Source: Leptogorgia sarmentosa
Lineage: Eukaryota
Reading direction: 5' to 3'
NCBI GenBank assembly: GCA_964658305.1
Contig: OZ210885.1
Coordinates: 14,632,001-14,696,000 of the forward strand
DNA length: 64,000 nt
Part shown: piece after piece, positions 35,601 through 50,600 of the stretch
Layout of the letters: each line of letters opens with the position of its first letter
How positions within the stretch are numbered: position 1 is the stretch's first letter
Made by a program: the position numbers and the translations under genes
Notes under the pieces: model-generated
Told to the model about the DNA's origin: nothing
The model's input: only the letters and a program-made list of their open reading frames with translations
The model's database searches: none

Positions 35601-38600
35601 CGTAGACATTTGTTGATGGAAGTTACACTTTTTAAATGTGTAACAATAACAAAACCCTGAAGTTGAAATTGAAAGCAAACCTACTTACAAACACACATAC
35701 AACAAAATGAAGCAAGTCTACAACACAAAGTATTCCCAGGTGGTCACCCATCCAACTACTAACTTTGCCCACCTCGGCTTAACTTCGGTAATCAGACGAG
35801 AACCGGTATTTTCCTACTCGTACGGTCGTAGACATTTGTTGATGGAAGTTATACTTTTTAAACGAGTAACAATAACAAAACACTGAAGTTGAAATTGAAA
35901 GGAATTATATTTACAAATAGGCATTAAATAACATTTAGCAAAACAACAATACAAAGTATTTCCAGATATAGCAATAACAAAATCCCTGAAGTTTACATTG
36001 AAAGCAAACCTATTTACAAACACACATACAATAAAATGAAGCAAGTCTACAACACAAAGTATTCCCAGGTGGTCACCCATCCAAGTACTAACTCTGCCCA
36101 CCTAGGCTTAACTTCGGTGATCAGACGAGAACCGGTATTTTCCTACTGGTATGGTCGTAGACATTTGTTGATGGAAGTTACACTTTTTAAATGTGTAACA
36201 ATAACAAAACCCTGAAGTTGAAATTGAAAGCAAACCTACTTACAAACACACATACAACAAAATGAAGCAAGTCTACAACACAAAGTATTCCCAGGTGGTC
36301 ACCCATCCAAGTACTAACTTTGCCCACCTAGGCTTAACTTCGGTGATCAGACGAGAACCGGTATTTTCCTACTGGTATGGTCGTAGACATTTGTTGATGG
36401 AAGTTACACTTTTTAAACGTGTAACAATAACAAAACCCTGAAGTTGAAATTGAAAGCAAACCTATTTACAAACACACATACAATAAAACGAAGCAAGTCT
36501 ACAACACAAAGTATTCCCAGGTAGTCACCCATCCAAGTACTAACTTTGCCCACCTAGGCTTAACTTCGGTGATCAGACGAGAACCGGTATTTTCCTACTG
36601 GTATGGTCGTAGACATTTGTTGATGGAAGTTACACTTTTTAAACGTGTAACAATAACAAAACCCTGAAGTTGAAATTGAAAGCAAACCTATTTAAAAACA
36701 CACATACAATAAAACGAACCAAGTCTACAACACAAAGTATTCCCAGGTGGTCACCCATCCAAGTACTAACTTTTCCCACCTAGGCTTAACTTCGGTGATC
36801 AGACGAGAACCGGTATTTTCCTACTGGTATGGTCGTAGGCATTTGTTGATGGAAGTTACACTTTTTAAACGTGTAACAATAACAAAACCCTGAAGTTGAA
36901 ATTGAAAGGAATTATATTTACAAACACACATACAATAAAATGAAGCAAGTCTACAACACAAAGTATTCCCAGGTAGTCACCCATCCAAGTACTAACTTTT
37001 CCCACCTAGGCTTAACTTCAGTGATCAGACGAGAACCGGTATTTTCCTACTGGTATGGTCGTAGACATTTGTTGATGGAAGTTACACTTTTTAAACGTGT
37101 AACAATAACAAAACCCTGAAGTTGAAATTCAAAGCAAACCTATTTAAAAACACACATACAATAAAATGAAGCAAATCTACAACACAAAGTATTCCCAGGT
37201 GGTCACCCATCCAAGTACTAACTTTTCCCACCTAGGCTTAACTTCGGTGATCAGACGAGAACCGGTATTTTCCTACTCGTATGGTCGTAGACATTTGTTG
37301 ATGGAAGTAACACTTTTTAAACGTGTAACAATAACAAAACCCTGAAGTTGAAATTGAAAGCAAACCTATTTACAAACACACATACAATAAAATGAAGCAA
37401 GTCTACAACACAAAGTATTCCCAGGTGGTCACCCATCCAACTACTAACTTTGCCCACCTCGGCTTAACTTCGGTAATCAGACGAGAACCGGTATTTTCCT
37501 ACTCGTACGGTCGTAGACATTTGTTGATGGAAGTTATACTTTTTAAACGTGTAACAATAACAAAACACTGAAGTTGAAATTGAAAGGAATTATATTTACA
37601 AATAGGCATTAAATAACATTTAGCAAAATAACAATACAAAGTATTTCCAGATATAGCAATAACAAAATCCCTGAAGTTTACATTGAAAGCAAACCTATTT
37701 ACAAACACACATACAATAAAATGAAGCAAGTCTACAACACAAAGTATTCCCAGGTGGTCACCCATCCAAGTACTAACTCTGCCCACCTAGGCTTAACTTC
37801 GGTGATCAGACGAGAACCGGTATTTTCCTACTGGTATGGTCGTAGACATTTGTTGATGGAAGTTACACTTTTTAAATGTGTAACAATAACAAAACCCTGA
37901 AGTTGAAATTGAAAGCAAACCTACTTACAAACACACATACAACAAAATGAAGCAAGTCTACAACACAAAGTATTCCCAGGTGGTCACCCATCCAAGTACT
38001 AACTTTGCCCACCTAGGCTTAACTTCGGTGATCAGACGAGAACCGGTATTTTCCTACTGGTATGGTCGTAGACATTTGTTGATCGAAGTTACACTTTTTA
38101 AACGTGTAACAATAACAAAACCCTGAAGTTGAAATTGAAAGCAAACCTATTTACAAACACACATACAATAAAATGAAGCAAGTCTACAACACAAAGTATT
38201 CCCAGTTGGTCACCCATCCAAGTACTAACTTTTCCCACCTAGGCTTAACTTTGGTGATCAGACGTGAACCGGTATTTTCCTACTGGTATGGTCGTAGACA
38301 TTTGTTGATGGAAGTAACACTTTTTAAACGTGAACAATAACAAAACCCTGAAGTTGAAATTGAAAGCAAACCTATTTACAAACACACATACAATAAAATG
38401 AAGCAAGTCTACAACACAAAGTATTCCCAGGTAGTCACCCATCCAAGTACTAACTTTGCCCACCTAGGCTTAACTTCGGTGATCAGACGAGAACCGGTAT
38501 TTTCCTACTGGTATGGTCGTAGACATTTGTTGATGGAAGTTACACTTTTTAAACGTGTAACAATAACAAAACCCTGAAGTTGAAATTGAAAGCAAACCTA

Positions 38601-41600
38601 CTTACAAACACACATACAACAAAATGAAGCAAGTCTACAACACAAAGTATTCCCAGGTGGTCACCCATCCAACTACTAACGTTACCCACCTAGGCTTAAC
38701 TTCGGTGATCAGACGAGAACCGGTATTTTCCTACTGGTATGGTCGTAGACATTTGTCGATGGAAGTTACACTTTTTAAACTTGTAACAATAACAAAACCC
38801 TGAAGTTGAAATTGAAAGCAAACCTATTTACAAACACACATACAATAAAATGAAGCAGGTCTACAACACAAAGTATTCCCAGGTAGTCACCCATCCAAGT
38901 ACTAACTTTGCCCACCTAGGCTTAACTTCGGTGATCGGACGAGAACCGGTATTTTCCTACTGGTATGGTCGTAGACATTTGTTGATGGAAGTTACACTTT
39001 TTAAACGTGTAACAATAACAAAACCCTGAAGTTGAAATTGAAAGGAATTATATTTACAAATAGGCATTAAATAACATTTAGCAAAACAACAATACAAAGT
39101 ATTTCCAGATATAGCAATAACAAAATCCCTGAAGTTTACATTGAAAGCAAACCTATTTACAAACACACATACAATAAAATGAAGCAAGTCTACAACACAA
39201 AGTATTCCCAGGTGGTCACCCATCCAAGTACTAACTCTGCCCACCTAGGCTTAACTTCGGTGATCAGACGAGAACCGGTATTTTCCTACTGGTATGGTCG
39301 TAGACATTTGTTGATGGAAGTTACACTTTTTCAACGTGTAACAATAACAAAACCCTGAAGTTGAAATTGAAAGCAAACCTATTTACAAACACACATACAA
39401 TAAAATGAAGCAAGTCTACAACACAAAGTATTCCCAGGTGGTCACCCATCCAAGTACTAACTTTTCCCACCTAGGCTTAACTTCGGTGATCAGACGAGAA
39501 CTAACTTTTCCCACTTAGGCTTAACTTCGGTGATCAGACGAGAACCGGTATTTTCCTACTGGTATGGTCGTAGACATTTGTTGATGGAAGTTACACTTTT
39601 TAAACGTGTAACAATAACAAAACCCTGAAGTTGAAATTGAAAGCAAACCTATTTACAAACACACATACAATAAAATGAAGCAAGTCTACAACACAAAGTA
39701 TTCCCAGGTAGTCACCCATCCAAGTACTAACTTTGCCCAACTAGGCTTAACTTCGGTGATCAGACGAGAACCGGTATTTTCCTACTGGTATCGTCGTAGA
39801 CATTTGTTGATGGAAGTAACACTTTTTAAACGTGTAACAATAACAAAACCCTGAAATTGAAATTGGAAGCAAACCTATTTACAAACACACATACAATAAA
39901 ATGAAGCAAGTCTACAACACAAAGTATTCCCAGGTAGTCACCCATCCAAGTACTAACTTTGCCCACCTAGGCTTAACTTCGGTGATCAGACGAGAACCGG
40001 TATTTTCCTACTGGTATGGTCGTAGACATTTGTTGATGGAAGTTACACTTTTTAAACGTGTAACAATAACAAAACCCTGAAGTTGAAATTGAAAGCAAAC
40101 CTATTTACAAACACACATACAATAAAACGAAGCAAGTCTACAACACAAAGTATTCCCAGGTAGTCACCCATCCAAGTACTAACTTTGCCCACCTAGGCTT
40201 AACTTCGGTGATCAGACGAGAACCGGTATTTTCCTACTGGTATGGTCGTAGACATTTGTTGATGGAAGTTACACTTTTTAAACGTGTAACAATAACAAAA
40301 CCCTGAAGTTGAAATTGAAAGCAAACCTATTTACAAACACACATACAATAAAACGAAGCAAGTCTACAACACAAAGTATTCCCAGGTGGTCACCCATCCA
40401 AGTACTAACTTTTCCCACCTAGGCTTAAATTTGGTGATCAGACGTGAACCGGTATTTTCCTACTGGTATGGTTGTAGACATTTGTTGATGGAAGTAACAC
40501 TTTTTAAACGTGTAACAATAACAAAACCCTGAAGTTGAAATTGAAAGCAAACCTATTTACAAACACACATACAATAAAATGAAGCAAGTCTACAACACAA
40601 AGTATTCCCAGGTAGTCACCCATCCAAGTACTAACTTTGCCCACCTAGGCTTAACTTCGGTGATCAGACGAAAACCGGTATTTTCCTACTGGTATGGTCG
40701 TAGACATTTGTTGATGGAAGTTACACTTTTTAAACGTGTAACAATAACAAAACCCTGAAGTTGAAATTGAAAGCAAACCTACTTACAAACACACATACAA
40801 CAAAATGAAGCAAGTCTACAACACAAAGTATTCCCAGGTGGTCACCCATCCAACTACTAACGTTGCCCACCTAGGCTTAACTTCGGTGATCAGACGAGAA
40901 CCGGTATTTTCCTACTGGTATGGTCGTAGACATTTGTCGATGGAAGTTACACTTTTTAAACGTGTAACAATAACAAAACCCTGAAGTTGAAATTGAAAGC
41001 AAACCTATTTACAAACACACATACAATAAAATGAAGCAAGTCTACAACACAAAGTATTCCCAGGTAGTCACCCATCCAAGTACTAACTTTGCCCACCTAG
41101 GCTTAACTTCGGTGATCAGACGAGAACCGGTATTTTCCTACTGGTATGGTCGTAGACATTTGTTGATGGAAGTTACACTTTTTAAACGTGTAACAATAAC
41201 AAAACCCTGAAGTTGAAATTGAAAGCAAACCTATTTACAAACACACATACAATAAAACGAAGCAAGTCTACAACACAAAGTATTCCCAGGTAGTCACCCA
41301 TCCAAGTACTAACTTTGCCCACCTAGGCTTAACTTCGGTGATCAGACGAGAACCGGTATTTTCCTACTGGTATGGTCGTAGACATTTGTTGATGGAAGTT
41401 ACACTTTTTAAACGTGTAACAATAACAAAACCCTGAAGTTGAAATTGAAAGCAAACCTATTTAAAAACACACATACAATAAAACGAACCAAGTCTACAAC
41501 ACAAAGTATTCCCAGGTGGTCACCCATCCAAGTACTAACTTTTCCCACCTAGGCTTAACTTCGGTGATCAGACGAGAACCGGTATTTTCCTACTGGTATG

Positions 41601-44600
41601 GTCGTAGACATTTGTTGATGGAAGTTACACTTTTTAAACGTGTAACAATAACAAAACCCTGAAGTTGAAATTGAAAGGAATTATATTTACAAATAGGCAT
41701 TAAATAACATTTAGCAAAACAACAATACAAAGTATTTCCAGATGTAGCAATAACAAAATCCCTGAAGTTTACATTGAAAGCAAACCTATTTACAAACACA
41801 CATACAATAAAATGAAGCAAGTCTACAACACAAAGTATTCCCAGTTGGTCACCCATCCAAGTACTAACTTTGCCCACCTAGGCTTAACTTCGGTGATCAG
41901 ACGAGAACCGGTATTTTCCTACTGGTATGGTCGTAGACATTTGTTGATGGAAGTTACACTTTTTAAACGTGTAACAATAACAAAACCCTGAAGTTGAAAT
42001 TGAAAGCAAACCTATTTAAAAACACACATACAATAAAATGAAGCAAATCTACAACACAAAGTATTCCCAGGTGGTCACCCATCCAAGTACTAACTTTTCC
42101 CACCTAGGCTTAACTTCGGTGATCAGACGAGAACCGGTATTTTCCTACTCGTATGGTCGTAGACATTTGTTGATGGAAGTAACACTTTTTAAACGTGTAA
42201 CAATAACAAAACCCTGAAGTTGAAATTGAAAGCAAACCTATTTACAAACACACATACAATAAAATGAAGCAAGTCTACAACACAAAGTATTCCCAGGTGG
42301 TCACCCATCCAACTACTAACTTTGCCCACCTAGGCTTAACTTCGGTAATCAGACGAGAACCGGTATTTTCCTACTCGTACGTTCGTAGACATTTGTTGAT
42401 GGAAGTTACACTTTTTAAACGTGTAACAATAACAAAACACTGAAGTTGAAATTGAAAGGAATTATATTTACAAATAGGCATTAAATAACATTTAGCAAAA
42501 CAACAATACAAAGTATTTCCAGATATAGCAATAACAAAATCCCTGAAGTTTACATTGAAAGCAAACCTATTTACAAACACACATACAATAAAATGAAGCA
42601 AGTCTACAACACAAAGTATTCCCAGGTGGTCACCCATCCAACTACTAACTTTGCCAACCTAGGCTTAACTTCGGTGATCAGACGAGAAACGGTATTTTCC
42701 TACTGGTATGGTCGTAGACATTTGTTGATGGAAGTTACACTTTTTAAACGTGTAACAATAACAAAACACTGAAGTTGAAATTGAAAGGAATTATATTTAC
42801 AAATAGGCATTAAATAACATTTAGCAAAACAACAATACAAAGTATTTCCAGATAGTCACCCATCCAAGTACTAACTTTGCCCACCTAGGCTTAACTTCGG
42901 TGATCGGACGAGAACCGGTATTTTCCTACTGGTATGGTCGTAGACACTTGTTGATGGAAGTTACACTTTTTAAACGTGTAACAATAACAAAACCCTGAAG
43001 TTGAAATTGAAAGCAAACCTATTTACAAACACACATACAATAAAATGAAGCAAGTCTACAACACAAAGTATTCCCAGGTAGTCACCCATCCAAGTACTAA
43101 CTTTGCCCACCTAGGCTTAACTTCGGTGATCAGACGTGAACCGGTATTTTCCTACTGGTATGGTCGTAGACATTTGTTGATGGAAGTAACACTTTTTAAA
43201 CGTGTAACAATAACAAAACCCTGAAGTTGAAATTGAAAGCAAACCTATTTACAAACACACATACAATAAAACGAAGCAAGTCTACAACACAAAGTATTCC
43301 CAGGTAGTCACCCATCCAAGTACTAACTTTGCCCACCTAGGCTTAACTTCGGTGATCGGACGAGAACCGGTATTTTCCTACTGGTATGGTCGTAGACATT
43401 TGTTGATGGAAGTTACACTTTTTAAATGTGTAACAATAACAAAACCCTGAAGTTGAAATTGAAAGCAAACCTATTTAAAAACACACATACAATAAAACGA
43501 ACCAAGTCTACAACACAAAGTATTCCCAGGTGGTCACCCATCCAAGTACTAACTTTTCCCACCTAGGCTTAACTTCGGTGATCAGACGAGAACCGGTATT
43601 TTCCTACTGGTATGGCCGTAGACATTTGTTGATGGAAGTTACACTTTTTAAACGTGTAACAATAACAAAACCCTGAAGTTGAAATTGAAAGGAATTATAT
43701 TTACAAACACACATACAATAAAATGAAGCAAGTCTACAACACAAAGTATTCCCAGGTAGTCACCCATCCAAGTACTAACTTTGCCCACCTAGGCTTAACT
43801 TCGGTGATCAGACGAGAACCGGTATTTTCCTACTGGTATGGTCGTAGACATTTGTTGATGGAAGTTACACTTTTTAAACGTGTAACAATAACAAAACCCT
43901 GAAGTTGAAATTGAAAGGAATTATATTTACAAATAGGCATTAAATAACATTTAGCAAAACAACAATACAAAGTATTTCCAGATGTAGCAATAACAAAATC
44001 CCTGAAGTTTACATTGAAAGCAAACCTATTTACAAACACACATACAATAAAATGAAGCAAGTCTACAACACAAAGTATTCCCAGGTGGTCACCCATCCAA
44101 GTACTAACTTTGCCCACCTAGGCTTAACTTCGGTGATCAGACGAGAACCGGTATTTTCCTACTGGTATGGTCGTAGACATTTGTTGATGGAAGTTACACT
44201 TTTTAAACGTGTAACAATAACAAAACCCTGAAGTTGAAATTCAAAGCAAACCTATTTAAAAACACACATACAATAAAATGAAGCAAATCTACAACACAAA
44301 GTATTCCCAGGTGGTCACCCATCCAAGTACTAACTTTTCCCACCTAGGCTTAACTTCGGTGATCAGACGAGAACCGGTATTTTCCTACTCGTATGGTCGT
44401 AGACATTTGTTGATGGAAGTAACACTTTTTAAACGTGTAACAATAACAAAACCCTGAAGTTGAAATTGAAAGCAAACCTATTTACAAACACACATACAAT
44501 AAAATGAAGCAAGTCTACAACACAAAGTATTCCCAGGTGGTCACCCATCCAACTACTAACTTTGCCCACCTAGGCTTAACTTCGGTAATCAGACGAGAAC

Positions 44601-47600
44601 CGGTATTTTCCTACTCGTACGGTCGTAGACATTTGTTGATGGAAGTTACACTTTTTAAACGTGTAACAATAACAAAACACTGAAGTTGAAATTGAAAGGA
44701 ATTATATTTACAAATAGGCATTAAATAACATTTAGCAAAACAACAATACAAAGTATTTCCAGATATAGCAATAACAAAACCCTGAAGTTGAAATTGAAAG
44801 CAAACCTATTTACAAACACACATACAATAAAATGAAGCAAGTCTACAACACAAAGTATTCCCAGGTGGTCACCCATCCAAGTACTAACTCTGCCCACCTA
44901 GGCTTAACTTCGGTAATCAGACGAGAACCGGTATTTTCCTACTCGTACGGTCGTAGACATTTGTTGATGGAAGTTACACTTTTTAAACGTGTAACAATAA
45001 CAAAACACTGAAGTTGAAATTGAAAGGAATTATATTTACAAATAGGCATTAAATAACATTTCGCAAAACAACAATACAAAGTATTTCCAGATATAGCAAT
45101 AACAAAATCCCTGAAGTTTACATTGAAAGCAAACCTATTTACAAACACACATACAATAAAATGAAGCAAGTCTACAACACAAAGTATTCCCAGGTGGTCA
45201 CCCATCCAACTACTAACTTTGCCCACCTAGGCTTAACTTCGGTGATCAGACGAGAACCGGTATTTTCCTACTCGTACGGTCGTAGACATTTGTTGATGGA
45301 AGTTACACTTTTTAAACGTGTAACAATAACAAAACCCTGAAGTTGAAATTGAAAGGAATTATATTTACAAATAGGCATTAAATAACATTTTGCAAAACAA
45401 CAATACAAAGTATTTCCAGATGTAGCAATAACAAAATCCCTGAAGTTTACATTGAAAGTAAACCTATTTACAAACACACATACAATAAAATGAAGGAAGT
45501 CGACAACACAAAGTATTCCCAGGTGGTCACCCATCCAAGTACTAACGTTGCCCTCCTAGGCTTAACTTCGGTGATCAGACGAGAACCGGTATTTTCCTAC
45601 TGGTATGGTTGTAGACATTTGTTGATGGAAGTTACACTTTTTAAACGTGTAACAATAACAAAACCCTGAAGTTGAAATTGAAAGCAAACCTATTTACAAA
45701 CACACATACAATAAAATGAAGCAAGTCTACAACACAAAGTATTCCCAGGTAGTCACCCATCCAAGTACTAACTTTGCCCACCTAGGCTTAACTTCGGTGA
45801 TCAGATGAGAACCGGTATTTTCCTATTGGTATGGTCGTAGACATTTGTTGATGAAAGTTACACTTTTTAAACATGTAACAATAACAAAACCCTGAAGTGG
45901 AAATTGAAAGCAAACCTATTTACAAACACACATACAATAAAATGAAGCAAGTCTACAACACAAAGTATTCCCAGGTGGTCACCCACCCAAGTACTAACTT
46001 TGCCCACCTAGGCTTAACTTCGGTGATCAGACGAGAACCGGTATTTTCCTACTGGTATGGTCGTAGACATTTGTTGATGGAAGTTACACTTTTTAAACGT
46101 GTAACAATAACAAAACCCTGAAGTTGAAATTGAAAGGAATTATATTTAGAAACACACATACAATAAAATGAAGCAAGTCTACAACACAAAGTATTCCCAG
46201 GTAGTCACCCATCCAAGTACTAACTTTGCCCACCTAGGCTTAACTTCGGTGATCAGACGAGAACCGGTATTTTCCTACTGGTATGGTCGTAGACATTTGT
46301 TGATGGAAGTTACACTTTTTAAACGTATAACAATAACAAAACCCTGAAGTTGAAATTGAAAGGAATTATATTTACAAATAGGCATTAAATAACATTTAGC
46401 AAAACAACAATACAAAGTATTTCCAGATGTAGCAATAACAAAATCCCTGAAGTTTACATTGAAAGCAAACCTATTTACAAACACACATACAATAAAATGA
46501 AGCAAGTCTACAACACAAAGTATTCCCAGGTGGTCACCCATCCAAGTACTAACTTTGCCCACCTAGGCTTAACTTCGGTGATCAGACGAGAACCGGTATT
46601 TTCCTACTGGTATGGTCGTAGACATTTGTTGATGGAAGTTACACTTTTTAAACGTATAACAATAACAAAACCCTGAAGTTGAAATTCAAAGCAAACCTAT
46701 TTAAAAACACACATACAATAAAATGAAGCAAATCTACAACACAAAGTATTCCCAGGTGGTCACCCATCCAAGTACTAACTTTTCCCACCTAGGCTTAACT
46801 TCGGTGATCAGACGAGAACCGGTATTTTCCTACTCGTATGGTCGTAGACATTTGTTGATGGAAGTAACACTTTTTAAACGTGTAACAATAACAAAACCCT
46901 GAAGTTGAAATTGAAAGCAAACCTATTTACAAACACACATACAATAAAATGAAGCAAGTCTACAACACAAAGTATTCCCAGGTGGTCACCCATCCAACTA
47001 CTAACGTGTAACAATAACAAAACACTGAAGTTGAAATTGAAAGGAATTATATTTACAAATAGGCATTAAATAACATTTAGCAAAACAACAATACAAAGTA
47101 TTTCCAGATATAGCAATAACAAAATCCCTGAAGTTTACATTGAAAGCAAACCTATTTACAAACACACATACAATAAAATGAAGCAAGTCTACAACACAAA
47201 GTATTCCCAGGTGGTCACCCATCCAAGTACTAACTCTGCCCACCTAGGCTTAACTTCGGTGATCAGACGAGAACCGGTATTTTCCTACTGGTATGGTCGT
47301 AGACATTTGTTGATGGAAGTTACACTTTTTCAACGTGTAACAATAACAAAACCCTGAAGTTGAAATTGAAAGCAAACCTATTTACAAACACACATACAAT
47401 AAAATGAAGCAAGTCTACAACACAAAGTATGCCCAAGTAGTCACCCATCCAAGTACTAACTTTGCCCACCTAGGCTTAACTTCGGTGATCAGACGAGAAC
47501 CCGTATTTTCCTACTGGTATGGTCGTAGACATTTGTTGATGGAAGTAACACTTTTTAAACGAGTAACAATAACAAAACCCTGAAGTTGAAATTGAAAGCA

Positions 47601-50600
47601 AACCTATTTACAAACACACATACAATAAAATGAAGCAAGTCTACAACACAAAGTATTCCCAGGTGGTCACCCATCCAAGTACTAACTTTTCCCAGCTAGG
47701 CCTAACTTCGGTGATCAGACGAGAACCGGTATTTTCCCACTGGTATGGTCGTAGACACTTGTTGATGGAAGTTACACTTTTTAAACATGTAACAATAACA
47801 AAACCCTGAAGTTGAAATTGAAAGCAAACCTATTTACAAACACACATACAATAAAATGAAGCAAGTCTACCACACAAAGTATTCCCAGGTGGTCACCCAT
47901 CCAAGTACTAACTTTTCCCACCTAGGCCTAACTTTGGTGATCAGACGAGAACCGGTATTTTCCTACTGGTATGGTCGTAGACATTTGTTGATGGAAGTTA
48001 CACTTTTTAAACGTGTAACAATAACAAAACCCTGAAGTTGAAATTGAAAGCAAACCTATTTACAAACACACATACAATAAAATGAAGCAAGTCTACAACA
48101 CAAAGTATTCCCAGTTGGTCACCCATCCAAGTACTAAGTTTTCCCACCTAGGCTTAACTTTGGTGATCAGACGTGAACCGGTATTTTCCTACTGGTATGG
48201 TCGTAGACATTTGTTGATGGAAGTTACACTTTTTAAACGTGTAACAATAACAAAACACTGAAGTTGAAATTGAAAGGAATTATATTTACAAATAGGCATT
48301 AAATAACATTTAGCAAAACAACAATACAAAGTATTTCCAGATATAGCAATAACAAAATCCCTGAAGTTTACATTGAAAGCAAACCTATTTACAAACACAC
48401 ATACAATAAAATGAAGCAAGTCTACAACACAAAGTATTCCCAGGTGGTCACCCATCCAAGTACTAACTCTGCCTACCTAGGCTTAACTTCGGTGATCAGA
48501 CGAGAACCGGTATTTTCCTACTGGTATGGTCGTAGACATTTGTTGATGGAAGTTACACTTTTTCAACGTGTAACAATAACAAAACCCTGAAGTTGAAATT
48601 GAAAGCAAACCTATTTACAAACACACATACAATAAAATGAAGCAAGTCTACAACACAAAGTATTCCCAGGTAGTCACCCATCCAAGTACTAACTTTGCCC
48701 ACCTAGGCTTAACTTCGGTGATAAGACGAGAACCGGTATTTTCCTACTGGTATGGTCGTAGACATTTGTTGATGGAAGTAACACTTTTTAAACGTGTAAC
48801 AATAACAAAACCCTGAAGTTGGGATTGAGAGCGAACCTATTTACAAACACACATACAATAAAATGAAGCAAGTCTACAACACAAAGTATTCCCAGGTAGT
48901 CACCCATCCAAGTACTGACTTTGTCCACCTAGGCTTACCTTCGGTGATCAGACGAGAACCGGTATTTTCCTACTGGTATCATCGTAGACATTTGTTGATG
49001 GAAGTAACACTTTTTAAACGTGTAACAATAACAAAACCCTGAAGTTGAAATTGAAAGCAAACCTATTTACAAACACACATACAATAAAATGAAGCAAGTC
49101 TACAACACAAAGTATTCCCAGGTGGTCACCCATCCAAGTACTAACTTTGCCCACTTAGGCTTAACTTCGGTGATCAGACGAGAACCGGTATTTTCCTACT
49201 GGTATGGTCGTAGACATTTGTTGATGGAAGTTACACTTTTTAAACGTGTAACAATAAAAAAACCCTGAAGTTGAAATTGAAAGCAAACCTATTTACAAAC
49301 ACACATACAATAAAATCAAGCAAGTCTACAACACAAAGTATTCCCAGGTGGTCACCCATCCAAGTACTAACTTTGCCCACCTAGGCTTAACTTCGGTGAT
49401 CAGACGAGAACCGGTATTTTCCTACTCATACGGTCGTAGACATTTGTTGATGGAAGTTACACTTTTTAAACGTGTAACAATAACAAAACCCTGAAGTTGA
49501 AATTGAAAGGAATTATATTTACAAATAGGCATTAAATAACATTTAGCAAAACAACAATACAAAGTATTTCCAGATGTAGCAATAACAAAATCCCTGAAGT
49601 TTACATTGAAAGCAAACCTATTTACAAACACACATACAATAAAATGAAGCAAGTCTACAACACAAAGTATTCCCAGGTAGTCACCCATCCAAGTACTAAC
49701 TTTGCCCACCTAGGCTTAACTTCGGTGATCAGACGAGAACCGGTATTTTCCTACTGGTATGGTCGTAGACATTTGTTGATGGAAGTAACACTTTTTAAAC
49801 GTTTAACAATAACAAAACCCTGAAGTTGAAATTGAAAGCAAACCTATTTACAAACACACATACAATAAAATGAAGCAAGTCTACAACACAAAGTATTCCC
49901 AGGTAGTCACCCATCCAAGTACTGACTTTGCCCACCAAGGCTTACCTTCGGTGATCAGACGAGAACCGGTATTTTCCTACTGGTATCATCGTAGACATTT
50001 GTTGATGGAAGTAACACTTTTTAAACGTGTAACAATAACAAAACCCTGAAGTTGAAATTGAAAGCAAACCCATTTACAAACACACATACAATAAAATGAA
50101 GCAAGTCTACAACACAAAGTATTCCCAGGTGGTCACCCATCCAAGTACTAAGTTTTCCCACCTAGGCTTAACTTCGGTAATCAGACGAGAACCGGTATTT
50201 TCCTACTCGTACGGTCGTAGACATTTGTTGATGGAAGTTACACTTTTTAAACGTGTAACAATAACAAAACACTGAAGTTGAAATTGAAAGGAATTATATT
50301 TACAAATAGGCATTAAATAACATTTAGCAAAACAACAATACAAAGTATTTCCAGATATAGCAATAACAAAATCCCTGAAGTTGAAATTGAAAGCAAACCT
50401 ATTTACAAACACACATACAATAAAATGAAGCAAGTCTACAACACAAAGTATTCCCAGGTAGTCACCCATCCAAGTACTAACTTTGCCCACCTAGGCTTAA
50501 CTTCGGTGATCAGACGAGAACCGGTATTTTCCTACTGGTATGGTCGTAGACATTTGTTGATGGAAGTAACACTTTTTAAACGTGTAACAATAACAAAACC

